From: Desulfotalea psychrophila LSv54
Lineage (GTDB): Bacteria; Desulfobacterota; Desulfobulbia; Desulfobulbales; Desulfocapsaceae
NCBI RefSeq assembly: GCF_000025945.1
Contig: NC_006138.1
Span: 1,290,001 to 1,322,000 of the forward strand
Reading direction: 5' to 3'
Length of the DNA: 32,000 bases
The position numbers and the translations under genes are program-made. Within the stretch, counting starts at the first letter, position 1. Each line of letters opens with the position of its first letter. Positions 11,052-19,602 of this stretch are shown here, piece after piece. The notes below the pieces were generated by a model. It was not told where the DNA came from. It made no database searches and worked only from the letters and a program-made list of their open reading frames with translations.

Positions 11052-11495
11052 ATGTTGTTGTGTGATGTTTGTGGAAATGAGATAGGGGCAAGAATAGTGT
11101 TTTGCCCCTTTTGTGGGATAAAACAGGAGAGAGAGCTCGTCTGCAAGAAAGAGTATATACAGAGGCTTGTTAATCTTGAACACGGTCTGCCCTTTGTTGA
11201 AGCAGCCCTTAAACGCCTTGATAGGGCGGTGCTAGAGGCAGGTCAGCAGGGTGTGACTCAACTCACCTTGATTCATGGCTATGGCTCAAGCGGTAAGGGT
11301 GGTGTCATTCGAGAGGAGTCTCGAAAGATGCTCGACTTTATGTGGATGAACGGTGAGTTGAAAAAAATTGTTTTTGGTGAAGATTTTACCAAGAGTAGCG
11401 GTGAAGTACGTGATCTTATTCGTCGTTACCCCATACTTGGGCAGGATCGTAATTTAAACAAGGCCAATCGGGGAATTACCCTTGTCTTTTTCTAA
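11052..11495 (+). CDS. Smr-domain-like protein with N-terminal zinc ribbon
   Basis: CDVCGNEIGARIVFCPFCG (two CxxC) followed by LTLIHGYGSSGKGGVIREESR, an Smr-like LxLIHGxG motif. Confidence 0.65.
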   Translation: MLLCDVCGNEIGARIVFCPFCGIKQERELVCKKEYIQRLVNLEHGLPFVEAALKRLDRAVLEAGQQGVTQLTLIHGYGSSGKGGVIREESRKMLDFMWMNGELKKIVFGEDFTKSSGEVRDLIRRYPILGQDRNLNKANRGITLVFF

Positions 11496-11561
11496 AGCGG
11501 ATTTATTATTTTTCGATCGTGTTTGATAACGCAGGCTAACTTGATAACTAAAGGATAGATA

Positions 11562-12299
11562 ATGAAGAAGAAGATTGTTGCAGCAACACTCGGAGTTTGT
11601 CTTGTCATGCCTCTTTGGGCCCAGTCAGCAGAGAGCAATAATACCAAGCTGAAGACCTTTGAGGATAAGCTGAGCTATAGTATTGGCACTGACATTGGCA
11701 AGTCTTTGGGAGAGCTTAAGGAGCAAATTCGTTTTGACTCCTTGATCCTGGGACTCACCGATACCTATGAGGGAAAGAAAGGTCTTCTTAGTGCTGAAGA
11801 GATGAAGCAGGTTCAGCAGCAGTTTGTGGCTAAGATGCAGGCAGATCAGGCTAAGAAAATGGTTGAAATGCAGAAGAAAAATAAAGCCGCGGGTGATGCC
11901 TTTCTTGCTGCCAATGCAAAGAAAAAAGGTGTTGTGACCACCAAGTCTGGTCTTCAGTATAATTTTGTGAAAAAGGGTAAGGGCGTAAAACCTGCCCTTA
12001 CGGATATTGTCAGCGTCAACTATACGGGTACCCTTATTAATGGAACAGAGTTTGACAGTTCTATAAAGAGGGGTAAACCGGTTACATTTCCAGTGGCTCA
12101 GGTGATTTCTGGTTGGAGTGAGGCTCTTCAGCTTATGCCCGTTGGTTCATCGGTGCATTTGGTGATTCCAGCAGCCCTTGCCTATGGTGATAATGGTGCG
12201 CCTCCGGTGATCGAGCCTGGTTCTGTCCTTGTCTTTGATGTGGATCTTATCTCCATCGGCGAGGAAAAAAAGGCAACTCCGGCTACAGCTAAGAAATAG
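11562..12299 (+). CDS. FKBP-type peptidyl-prolyl cis-trans isomerase, exported (FkpA/Mip-like)
   Basis: Signal peptide; FKBP_N-like helical domain; VSVNYTGTLINGTEFDSSIKRGKPVTFPVAQVISGWSEALQLMPVGSSVHLVIPAALAYGDNG. Confidence 0.93.
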   Translation: MKKKIVAATLGVCLVMPLWAQSAESNNTKLKTFEDKLSYSIGTDIGKSLGELKEQIRFDSLILGLTDTYEGKKGLLSAEEMKQVQQQFVAKMQADQAKKMVEMQKKNKAAGDAFLAANAKKKGVVTTKSGLQYNFVKKGKGVKPALTDIVSVNYTGTLINGTEFDSSIKRGKPVTFPVAQVISGWSEALQLMPVGSSVHLVIPAALAYGDNGAPPVIEPGSVLVFDVDLISIGEEKKATPATAKK

Positions 12300-12322
12300 A
12301 TTCTTGTTTGAGCAGTTTTTGC

Positions 12323-12360
12323 AAAGGCCCTTCTCCCCTTGGGAGAAGGGCCTTTTCTGT
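12323..12360. terminator. Rho-independent, probably bidirectional terminator between convergent FKBP and LptF/G genes
   Basis: AAAGGCCCTTCTCCC-CTT-GGGAGAAGGGCCTTT perfect 15-bp stem followed by TCTGTTTTT; A/T tracts on both sides. Confidence 0.85.
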
Positions 12361-12362
12361 TT

Positions 12363-13451
12363 TTACTGGTCAAAACGACGGAGCAAATAGAGTCCCAGAG
12401 TGATAAATATGGCATGGATGAGGAATGCGGCCAGCCAGGGAGAAAATTTTCCGGCAATGGCTAGGGACTGCAGGGCTCCCCATACGGCCCAGGCGCTGAA
12501 GGCCATGGTACAACTTGCCGGAATGGCAATGGAGAGGTCTTTGCCCCATTTCTGGTAGGAGAGGAGGAGGATGGGTAGGCCGAGGAGGAGGAGGGGGAGA
12601 CCCAGTAAGATATAGGAGATCCTGCCCAGGAAGAGTCCCCATGCCTCCTCGGCTTCAAAGGCTATTTGGTTGTTGAGGGCCCCTTTGAGGAGGGCGGAGA
12701 GTGATCGCTCTGATTCCGCATGCTGTGGCGTCCTGAAGGCCTCTGGCGTTTCGGGGAAATGGAATTTGCGGCTGGTAAAGGTCGTTGTCGTATAGCTGCC
12801 TCTACTCTCTTGCTGCTGAAGGACGCCCCCTTTCAGGAGCCAGCTGTTTTGCTTGGCATCCCACGATGCACTCGTAGCGGAAATCATCTCCTTAAGACCA
12901 TACTCCTTGTCCCAGCTGGAGTAAGAGAAGTTGGCAAAGAGATATTCCTTATTGTTTTTCCAGGCAAAGGAGTAAAATCCCTCCTGACCATGGTAGTAGT
13001 AGCGGTTGTTACGGACAATACCTACGGGGGTCTTACCCTGAACACCCTCAATCCAGATATCATTGGTGACGGCGACGGTGCTGGGCAGAATCCATTGGGC
13101 CGAGGCCATAAAGAGCAGGGTTACTGCCCCGCCACCGATAATAATCGGACGAATAATGGCCCTTAGGGGCAGGCCACCAGCCTTAAGGGCGGTGAGTTCG
13201 TTGCTGCTGTTCAGAACCCCTAAGGAGATGACTCCGGAGAGTAGAATAAGTATTGGTCCCAGTTGATCTACAATGGCCGGGATGGAGAAGAGAAAATATT
13301 TGATAACCACGGAGAGTGGCTTACCCGCTTCGGTGAAATTATCAAATTTTTCAAAAAAATCAATGAGGAGGTAGAGGGCGATAAAGCCTGCGGCCACCGT
13401 CAAGAAAAATTTGAAAAATTGTCCTAGGAGATATCGGTTAAGTAGGTGCAT
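12363..13451 (-). CDS. LptF/LptG-family lipopolysaccharide export permease
   Basis: MHLLNRYLLGQFFKFFLTVAAGFIALYLLIDFFEKFDNF...NELTALKAGGLPLRAIIRP, six-TM YjgP/YjgQ architecture with C-terminal TM cluster. Confidence 0.88.
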   Translation of the reverse strand: MHLLNRYLLGQFFKFFLTVAAGFIALYLLIDFFEKFDNFTEAGKPLSVVIKYFLFSIPAIVDQLGPILILLSGVISLGVLNSSNELTALKAGGLPLRAIIRPIIIGGGAVTLLFMASAQWILPSTVAVTNDIWIEGVQGKTPVGIVRNNRYYYHGQEGFYSFAWKNNKEYLFANFSYSSWDKEYGLKEMISATSASWDAKQNSWLLKGGVLQQQESRGSYTTTTFTSRKFHFPETPEAFRTPQHAESERSLSALLKGALNNQIAFEAEEAWGLFLGRISYILLGLPLLLLGLPILLLSYQKWGKDLSIAIPASCTMAFSAWAVWGALQSLAIAGKFSPWLAAFLIHAIFITLGLYLLRRFDQ

Positions 13452-13456
13452 AGGGA

Positions 13457-13843
13457 TTAACGTAGTAAAAACTTATGGGAAATGAAAAAGCCGACTGCCA
13501 CCATGGCAAGTCCTAGGGAGATGCTGAGGAAGAGATAACCAAATCCCTGCCAGTATTCACCTGTTTCGAAAAATCCGTATGTTTCCCGAGAGAAGGTGGA
13601 GAAGGTGGTAAGACCTCCTAAAAGACCTGTAAATAAAAAGAGGCGAAAGGTATGGGAGATATGAATCTTTTCAAAGAAACTCCAGAGTAGGCCAATGAAA
13701 AGACAACCTGCCAAATTAGCTATAAATGTGCCAAAGGGGAAGGCATGGGCTATTTTTTGCGTTCCAAGGGCGATGGCGTATCTTGCCAGGGAACCTACTG
13801 CCCCTCCGAGGGCAACTGCAATAATACCCATTACAGGATCCAT
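13457..13843 (-). CDS. crcB: Fluoride exporter CrcB/Fluc
   Basis: GGAVGSLARYAIA; PFGTFIANLAGCLFIGLL; GLLGGLTTFSTFSRET. Confidence 0.95.
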   Translation of the reverse strand: MDPVMGIIAVALGGAVGSLARYAIALGTQKIAHAFPFGTFIANLAGCLFIGLLWSFFEKIHISHTFRLFLFTGLLGGLTTFSTFSRETYGFFETGEYWQGFGYLFLSISLGLAMVAVGFFISHKFLLR

Positions 13844-14174
13844 GAATCTCTACCTCTGTTAAGATTTTTTTCCAGGTTAACTACTCATATGAGTATGGGT
13901 GACCGGGGGTATGACTGCTTCGCTCTCTTGCAATTTACGCAAAAGCTGTGGTATAGTTGCGATTTGTTGTACTTGTATGTCAAATATATCAGCAAGCTAT
14001 CTAGTGTGTTGTAACAAATTCACTGTTTCGTTTCCAGCTCTTGGTGACGAAATTTCATTTTAACGGAGGTGCTGACTTTTTAGTGGTGGCTTGACGGGCC
14101 CTTGCCAGTCCTGCACGGGAGTGTATTCCACTCAGGGTTTCAACCCTAACTAAGATGTCTTATATACCATATTT

Positions 14175-15200
14175 ATGGCTGCACGAAAAAAGAATTTTCC
14201 AACTGTACAAGCGACTCAACCATCTAAAAATACCGCAAAGTCCAGGCTTGAGTCTTTTTTGGAAATTTTTGAGAAAAATGACGAGGTTCTTGTTGTTATT
14301 AACGCTGATCCCGATGCCATTGCCTGTGCAATGGCGATAAAAAAACTTCTTCGTTACCGCGCAAAAAGCGTTACTATTGCCCATCCTAATGAGATTAGAC
14401 GGGTTAATAATGTAACCATGGTGGAACGACTTAAGGTGCCCCTGGAAAGATTTAAAAATATTAACCTTGAAGACTACGATAAGAAGGTGATGGTTGATTC
14501 TCAACCCAACCACCTGCCCGTCTTTGAGAATATTTTCATAGATGCCATTATTGATCACCATCCGACTCCAGCAGGTGGTTGGCCTAATGTCCCCTTTGTT
14601 GATATACGTCCGGACTACGGTGCCTGTTCAACAATGCTGGTGGAATATCTGCGGGCAGGCAATATGAAGCCTTCTTCGGCCCTGGCAACTGCTCTTTTTT
14701 ATGGGATTAAGGATGATACCCAGAATTTTGAAAATAAGAGTCTCTTGGCCGATAGTATCTGTTTTCGTTATCTCTTTGATTTTGCCAACCGCAACCTGGT
14801 ACGTAAGTTTGAACTTGCCGATCTGCGCCGTTCACAGTTGAAGGACTTTAATGTCGCCCTTGATAATTTGAAAGATTCCAAGGGAAGATACTATAGCCAC
14901 GCCGGTCGGGTTCGCAGTCCCGATGCTTTGGTTATCCTTGCCGATTATCTTAATCATGTGGGTGATATTGATTGGGTCTTTGTCTCCGGTATCCACGGAG
15001 ATAAACTGGTGGATATCTTTCGCTGTGACGGTTATCGTAAAAGTGCCGGAAAACTTGCCACTAAGACCTTTGGCGAGATTGGTTCCGCCGGTGGCCATAA
15101 GGACGCGGCCCGGGCCGAGGTGCCCCTGAAAAAGCTGAAAATGGGCGATAAGGAGTTCAGCTCGGACGCCCTGAAGCGTCTTATTATGCGTCATATCTGA
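14175..15200 (+). CDS. DHH-family phosphoesterase (NrnA/RecJ-like)
   Basis: VVINADPDAIACAMA, AIIDHHPTP, LFYGIKDDTQNF, C-terminal GxxGGH-like motif (GSAGGHKDAA). Confidence 0.85.
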   Translation: MAARKKNFPTVQATQPSKNTAKSRLESFLEIFEKNDEVLVVINADPDAIACAMAIKKLLRYRAKSVTIAHPNEIRRVNNVTMVERLKVPLERFKNINLEDYDKKVMVDSQPNHLPVFENIFIDAIIDHHPTPAGGWPNVPFVDIRPDYGACSTMLVEYLRAGNMKPSSALATALFYGIKDDTQNFENKSLLADSICFRYLFDFANRNLVRKFELADLRRSQLKDFNVALDNLKDSKGRYYSHAGRVRSPDALVILADYLNHVGDIDWVFVSGIHGDKLVDIFRCDGYRKSAGKLATKTFGEIGSAGGHKDAARAEVPLKKLKMGDKEFSSDALKRLIMRHI

Positions 15201-15272
15201 GATCGACGAGAAAAACGTTGCAGTTTAAGAATCTTCGAGTAATATTGCCTCGGTTTCAACATGAAAAAATAT

Positions 15273-15349
15273 GGTCCCGTAGCTCAGCTGGATAGAGCAT
15301 CTGCCTCCTAAGCAGAGGGTCAGGCGTTCGAATCGCCTCGGGATCACCA
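15273..15349 (+). tRNA. tRNA-Arg (anticodon CCT), CCA encoded
   Basis: Acceptor GGTCCCG/CGGGATC, anticodon stem-loop TCTGC-CTCCTAA-GCAGA, T-arm CAGGCGTTCGAATCGCCT, 3' ACCA. Confidence 0.95.
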
Positions 15350-15396
15350 GTTATATAAGGCACTTACGGTTTACGCTGTAAGTGCCTTTTTCGTTT
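15320..15396 (+). repeat. Direct repeat, left copy (attL-like: tRNA 3' end + terminator)
   Basis: TCAGGCGTTCGAATCGCCTCGGGATCACCA...GGCACTTACGG..ACGCTGTAAGTGCCT, repeated near 22289 with few differences. Confidence 0.85.
15358..15393 (+). terminator. tRNA-Arg transcription terminator
   Basis: AGGCACTTAC-GGTTTACGCT-GTAAGTGCCTTTTT. Confidence 0.8.
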
Positions 15397-16218
15397 TAAG
15401 TGCATAATAAGTGCAGAAAGTGCTGGGGCTAGTTACAGCGCTGAACCTCTTTCCTCATCCGTATTATCGTTGTACTATCTCGAATTAATTATAAATTATA
15501 TCAAGAAAGCTCTCTCCTCTTGCCCCGCTCGCTGTTATACCGGAAAATAGTATGATTTTAACATCATCTGCCGGGACTTGCATTGAGGCTATTTGCATAT
15601 CGCACGCATCTCCATTAATCCACCAACATTTTTTTCAGCACTAAGTAAACAAAATGAGAAACAGCAGTATAAATATTTTCATCTTTAGTGGCACTCCGAC
15701 CTGCAACAGCCAACACGTTCGGCGGAACGTTCATATTTGAAGCCAGCAGGCACCCACAGCTTCTTAGAGTAACCGATGACCGCCATCTCTCATGTTTCGT
15801 AATACCCGCTGAGAGGCCCTGTGAGGGGCCTACGTCTCCTGCAAGTTTCAGGCGCTATCTATGCTCTATACCGGTAATATCGGCCCCTGCTACACCCTGA
15901 TACTCTTTTCTTTACCACGTAGACCTTCTGTCACAACCTGCCCTATTCCTACCGTGCAAGGCAACCTGCACCGTCTTCCTTTACTAGAGTAGAGGTGTGC
16001 TTCTGAGTATTCCCTGTGATAGGATAAGATGCTGGTCGGCAATCTCTGGCGAACAAAGGTTTTTGGCTATCTGTGGGTGGTCAAGTGCTTGCTTGAGCTA
16101 AAACGCATTGATTTGATGGTTCTTTTTTGGTATCACCCGTAATGGATGCTGATCTTTATTTGTCGGCGGTTGAGTCAGGCAAGGTTGAAAAGATCTGGAT
16201 CGTACGGGAGATATCAGC

Positions 16219-16269
16219 TTATCACTCGTTATTAATGATATCCAGTTTCTGGATAATAATTTGTTATTC
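16219..16269 (+). repeat. Structured repeat copy A (attC-like candidate)
   Basis: TTATCACTCGTTATTAATGATATCCAGTTTCTGGATAATAATTTGTTATTC; perfect TATCCAG/CTGGATA stem. Confidence 0.45.
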
Positions 16270-16301
16270 TTTGGATTACGAACAGCAAATATGGATGAAA
16301 A

Positions 16302-17714
16302 ATGTCATTTAATTTAGAAGCATTAGAATTAGCAGAGACCTACGACTTTGGGGTCGTTGTAAATGATGGTGCAAATAATTTTGCCGCGAAATTAAACCTT
16401 TCTCCAGAAAAAATCACCATCACTATAATGGGGGAAGGAGGTGACGAAAGAAACTGTTCATTAGGTTATTGTGACGTAGATAGTTTGATTTGTAGAGATT
16501 TGAATAACACTTTCTTTTTACATGAGCTTACCTTTGTTAAAGGTAGTAGTAGACTGATATCACATCATCCCAAACATATAGGGTTTTTCGAAAGCACTTT
16601 TGAAGTCGGTTATGTGATTTTTTCACCGTCCCATCTAGATGAAAATAACTTGGTTGAATCGATAAGTATTCATTCAAACAAGATAAGTGAATGGGTAGGA
16701 ACTACGAATACACAAGAAGAAATAATTAGGGCTTATAATGACAAAGAGCCAATTTTGGAATGTCCAGAAAAACTAAATGAGTTTTTAACCCCACTCGACG
16801 GCGTAGGAATATTGGGTGTTGGTTATAACTTGTCAATGCACAGCTCCTCGCCAAGATTCAGTGCAGGAATTAGTTTTCCACCTTCATTAACCATAGTATT
16901 TCTAAATGGTCAAATTTCGAAAATAGTGATGGATAGCTTCCGTAAGTTATATGCTTTGCTGGCATTTTTTATGGGAGATGACTTTTTGGTCGAACAGGTA
17001 GATATTAGCTTCGGTTCAAGTTTCCGTAGCCGCAAGGGAACACTTTATTATCCTTCAAAAGGCCTGTGTCCTAGATACGAACAAGGCTACTCTTTGTTTC
17101 CGTTAGGGTTAAATGTTCGTTTTGATTCTTTAGGACTTCCTGCGCTTCCAGTGACCTCATTTAATAACTATTATTCTTTGCCAGAAGTTTATTCAGGCTA
17201 TTTTTCAAAGTATTTAAAGTATAAAAGAATGGAAAATCCAGAGGAAAGATTTTTAGGTTTCTTTCGGATTTTAGAGTCACTATGTTTCAACAAGAAGAGC
17301 TATTTAGACGAAGAATTACTGGGTCAAATGTGTGATAGAGTGAAGCCGTATTTAATAAAAAAATTCGGTGATAAAGAAAATGCAACCAGCTTTCTAAGAG
17401 GCATTCCTCGCTACAATAATTCTAAATACAACACAGAAAAATGTATCCAAGATTTTTATTCAAGAATACCAAAATTAGTTTCTGGTAAATGGAAAGTAGA
17501 AAAACGTGATATTGGCAGTATATGTAAACTCAGAAACGATATAACTCATGCAAATGACTATTATATCAACAATAACGAAATAGAAGAGAAAGTAAAATTT
17601 ATGGAGGTTTTATTGGTATATTCATTGTTCGAAAAGTTAGGAGTTGAGCTAACGACAACTGCAGAAATTGCCTATAGAATGCAAGGTTACCATTTGGTCA
17701 CTAAAAAACCATAA
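16302..17714 (+). CDS. ApeA-like HEPN-domain protein (putative abortive-infection/anti-phage)
   Basis: 470 aa; N-terminal region resembling ApeA N-domain (CDVDSLICRDLNNTFFLHELTF); C-terminal HEPN RxxxxH in CKLRNDITHAND. Confidence 0.6.
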   Translation: MSFNLEALELAETYDFGVVVNDGANNFAAKLNLSPEKITITIMGEGGDERNCSLGYCDVDSLICRDLNNTFFLHELTFVKGSSRLISHHPKHIGFFESTFEVGYVIFSPSHLDENNLVESISIHSNKISEWVGTTNTQEEIIRAYNDKEPILECPEKLNEFLTPLDGVGILGVGYNLSMHSSSPRFSAGISFPPSLTIVFLNGQISKIVMDSFRKLYALLAFFMGDDFLVEQVDISFGSSFRSRKGTLYYPSKGLCPRYEQGYSLFPLGLNVRFDSLGLPALPVTSFNNYYSLPEVYSGYFSKYLKYKRMENPEERFLGFFRILESLCFNKKSYLDEELLGQMCDRVKPYLIKKFGDKENATSFLRGIPRYNNSKYNTEKCIQDFYSRIPKLVSGKWKVEKRDIGSICKLRNDITHANDYYINNNEIEEKVKFMEVLLVYSLFEKLGVELTTTAEIAYRMQGYHLVTKKP

Positions 17715-17798
17715 ATAACAACTTGTTAAGGCGCGCACAAAACAGCTGGTTCGCGCTCGTTCCTCGCTCAAATGTCGGGCAAAACTACGGGGCATAGG

Positions 17799-17850
17799 TT
17801 ATCACTCGTTGTTGAATGATATCAGGAAACCGGATAATAACTTGTTAGAT
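17799..17850 (+). repeat. Structured repeat copy B (attC-like candidate)
   Basis: TTATCACTCGTTGTTGAATGATATCAGGAAACCGGATAATAACTTGTTAGAT; ends in GTTAGAT (GTTRRRY). Confidence 0.5.
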
Positions 17851-17858
17851 GTAAAGTA

Positions 17859-18464
17859 ATGAATGATATCTACCCAGATTTAGAATGGTATACATCGCTA
17901 AGCGCTAGCAAAAACGCAGCGCCTAGATGTCCATATGCAAATGTGCATCGGTGTAACCGCTATTACTCCAGTCTATATTTGTTAGGGGAGCGTAATATCG
18001 CAAGCAAAATGAATGAAAAAAAAATAATTGAACTAGATAACTATTGGCAAGAAACTGATTTAATACCTGTTGTCCAAGAGCATGATCCGGCTATCAGTTC
18101 TAGTAATGGTAAGATCTTTAGTGTTAGCAATTTCTGCCCTGAAGTTAGTTTTAATTTTTTTAGTTTATTTACTGAATATATGTCGAAGTATGTAGATGAA
18201 ATTGATAGAGACTATGTTCATCAACGATTGAGTTCTGAAGCAAGGAGTAAAGATTGGCGATGGGAATGGATGTCCATAAAAGAAATGCATTATCTAGATT
18301 GCCCAGCCTACTCTCAATTAATGGGTTCCGCATATAGCGCAAATAAAAAAGAAAACGAAACGCAAAAAGACGAAATACTAGAAATAAAGCCAAGTTTTAT
18401 GGGTGTTAGCATTAACCTAAAATCCTTGTATAAATGGGTTGTTAAAAAAGCGCATAATAAATAG
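17859..18464 (+). CDS. Conserved hypothetical protein with N-terminal Cys motif
   Basis: 201 aa; RCPYANVHRCNRYYSSLYLLGE and KDWRWEWMSIKEMHYLDCPAYS; starts 9 nt after repeat copy B. Confidence 0.7.
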   Translation: MNDIYPDLEWYTSLSASKNAAPRCPYANVHRCNRYYSSLYLLGERNIASKMNEKKIIELDNYWQETDLIPVVQEHDPAISSSNGKIFSVSNFCPEVSFNFFSLFTEYMSKYVDEIDRDYVHQRLSSEARSKDWRWEWMSIKEMHYLDCPAYSQLMGSAYSANKKENETQKDEILEIKPSFMGVSINLKSLYKWVVKKAHNK

Positions 18465-18720
18465 ATTCAGCGTATGGCCATCGCGCGCCGGGACTGTTAA
18501 ACAATTTTTGATCAATAATTTTGTCCACCCCAACCCCCTGCTTCCGTTGCCAATCCTCAACAAGCAGATACTGCTCCCACTTTCCCGCATCTTCAGAGAG
18601 GGCTTGCCGGACGGTCTCGGTATTTCTACCAGCGTGGACGGTAATCTCATCCATGCCACCACCTGCACCTCTCTTTTTCACTTCTATCCCAATATATGCT
18701 ACATAACCTTCACCAACCAA
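18442..18720 (-). CDS. Hypothetical protein or gene fragment
   Basis: 92-aa open frame, protein-like composition (DEITVHAGRNTETVRQALSEDAGKWEQYLLVEDWQ...NSPGARWPYAESIYYALF). Confidence 0.35.
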   Translation of the reverse strand: MVGEGYVAYIGIEVKKRGAGGGMDEITVHAGRNTETVRQALSEDAGKWEQYLLVEDWQRKQGVGVDKIIDQKLFNSPGARWPYAESIYYALF

Positions 18721-19015
18721 TCATAGGACCCCAACACGTACACCTAATGGTTCTTAATTATTGTCTATAAAAAAGAAATAGTGTAAGGACAGGGGCGGAG
18801 GACATCAATGCACCCTTTTGTAAGGTAGGTAGCCGTGGGTGTTTAGGTTGGAGCGCTGTAAGTTGATCGGTAAGGCTAGAAGGATCATGTGTATGGTTGC
18901 AACAATCTTTCACTACGGATCTCTAGGAAATCATCAGGGACACAATAGTTAGTTTTGCCAAATAGTATGCTTGCCCCCTAGAGTTCAGAAGCATGTGCAG
19001 CGTAAATTTTAATTT

Positions 19016-19597
19016 TTATGCATCTGAACCGGATTTATCTGAGATACTATTGGGTTTAATCGAAGAGGGAAACCAATCAAATAAATTTGAAAAAAGACTC
19101 TGATACCAGTTTATCTTGTAAGAATATTTTTCATCATACCCTAGTGCTTTTGCTAATTCATTGTGGCACATTAAGTTTAACACTTGGAGCACAGGTGGCT
19201 CTTCTGCCTCTATTTCAAGACGTTCACGCATCACGCCCAACAACTGATCAGAATGTAATTTTGGATCTATCAATTTTTTTTCTAACGATATAAAATCCCT
19301 TGCGAAATCATGATGACTCCTTGCTTTCCCCTTAGTCTCAAAAACAAGATCTAGAACAGAAAAAATAGCTGTAAGGCTAGCTAATATCAATGGAATCCAC
19401 GCAGTATTCTCTGAGGAAATAAGGGCTATAATCGTACTAGATCCAAATATAGCAGTAAAGGCATCTGACAATTTACTGACTCGATCGAAAAAACCTCGCC
19501 GTCTATTGTGATACCTCACTGATCGTCGGACACTGAAAAGTAGATTGTGTTGCTCCTCTGCAATCGTATCGTTTTCTCCCGTTACATCTTCTTGCAT
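19016..19597 (-). CDS. SLATT-like two-TM domain protein
   Basis: 193 aa; N-terminal RRSVRYHNRRRGFFDRVSKLSDAFTAIFGSSTIIALISS, second TM IPLILASLTAIFSVLDLVF then ETKGKARSHHDFARDFISLEKKL. Confidence 0.6.
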   Translation of the reverse strand: MQEDVTGENDTIAEEQHNLLFSVRRSVRYHNRRRGFFDRVSKLSDAFTAIFGSSTIIALISSENTAWIPLILASLTAIFSVLDLVFETKGKARSHHDFARDFISLEKKLIDPKLHSDQLLGVMRERLEIEAEEPPVLQVLNLMCHNELAKALGYDEKYSYKINWYQSLFSNLFDWFPSSIKPNSISDKSGSDA

Positions 19598-19602
19598 TTT
19601 AA

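Noticed and set aside
13844-14060. Fluoride riboswitch upstream of crcB
   Set aside because: The expected conserved riboswitch core was not identifiable on the minus strand; would need Infernal to exclude.
15688-15900. 70-aa ORF MALRPATANTFGG...
   Set aside because: No recognisable motifs and no convincing start signal; more likely chance ORF in a decayed region.
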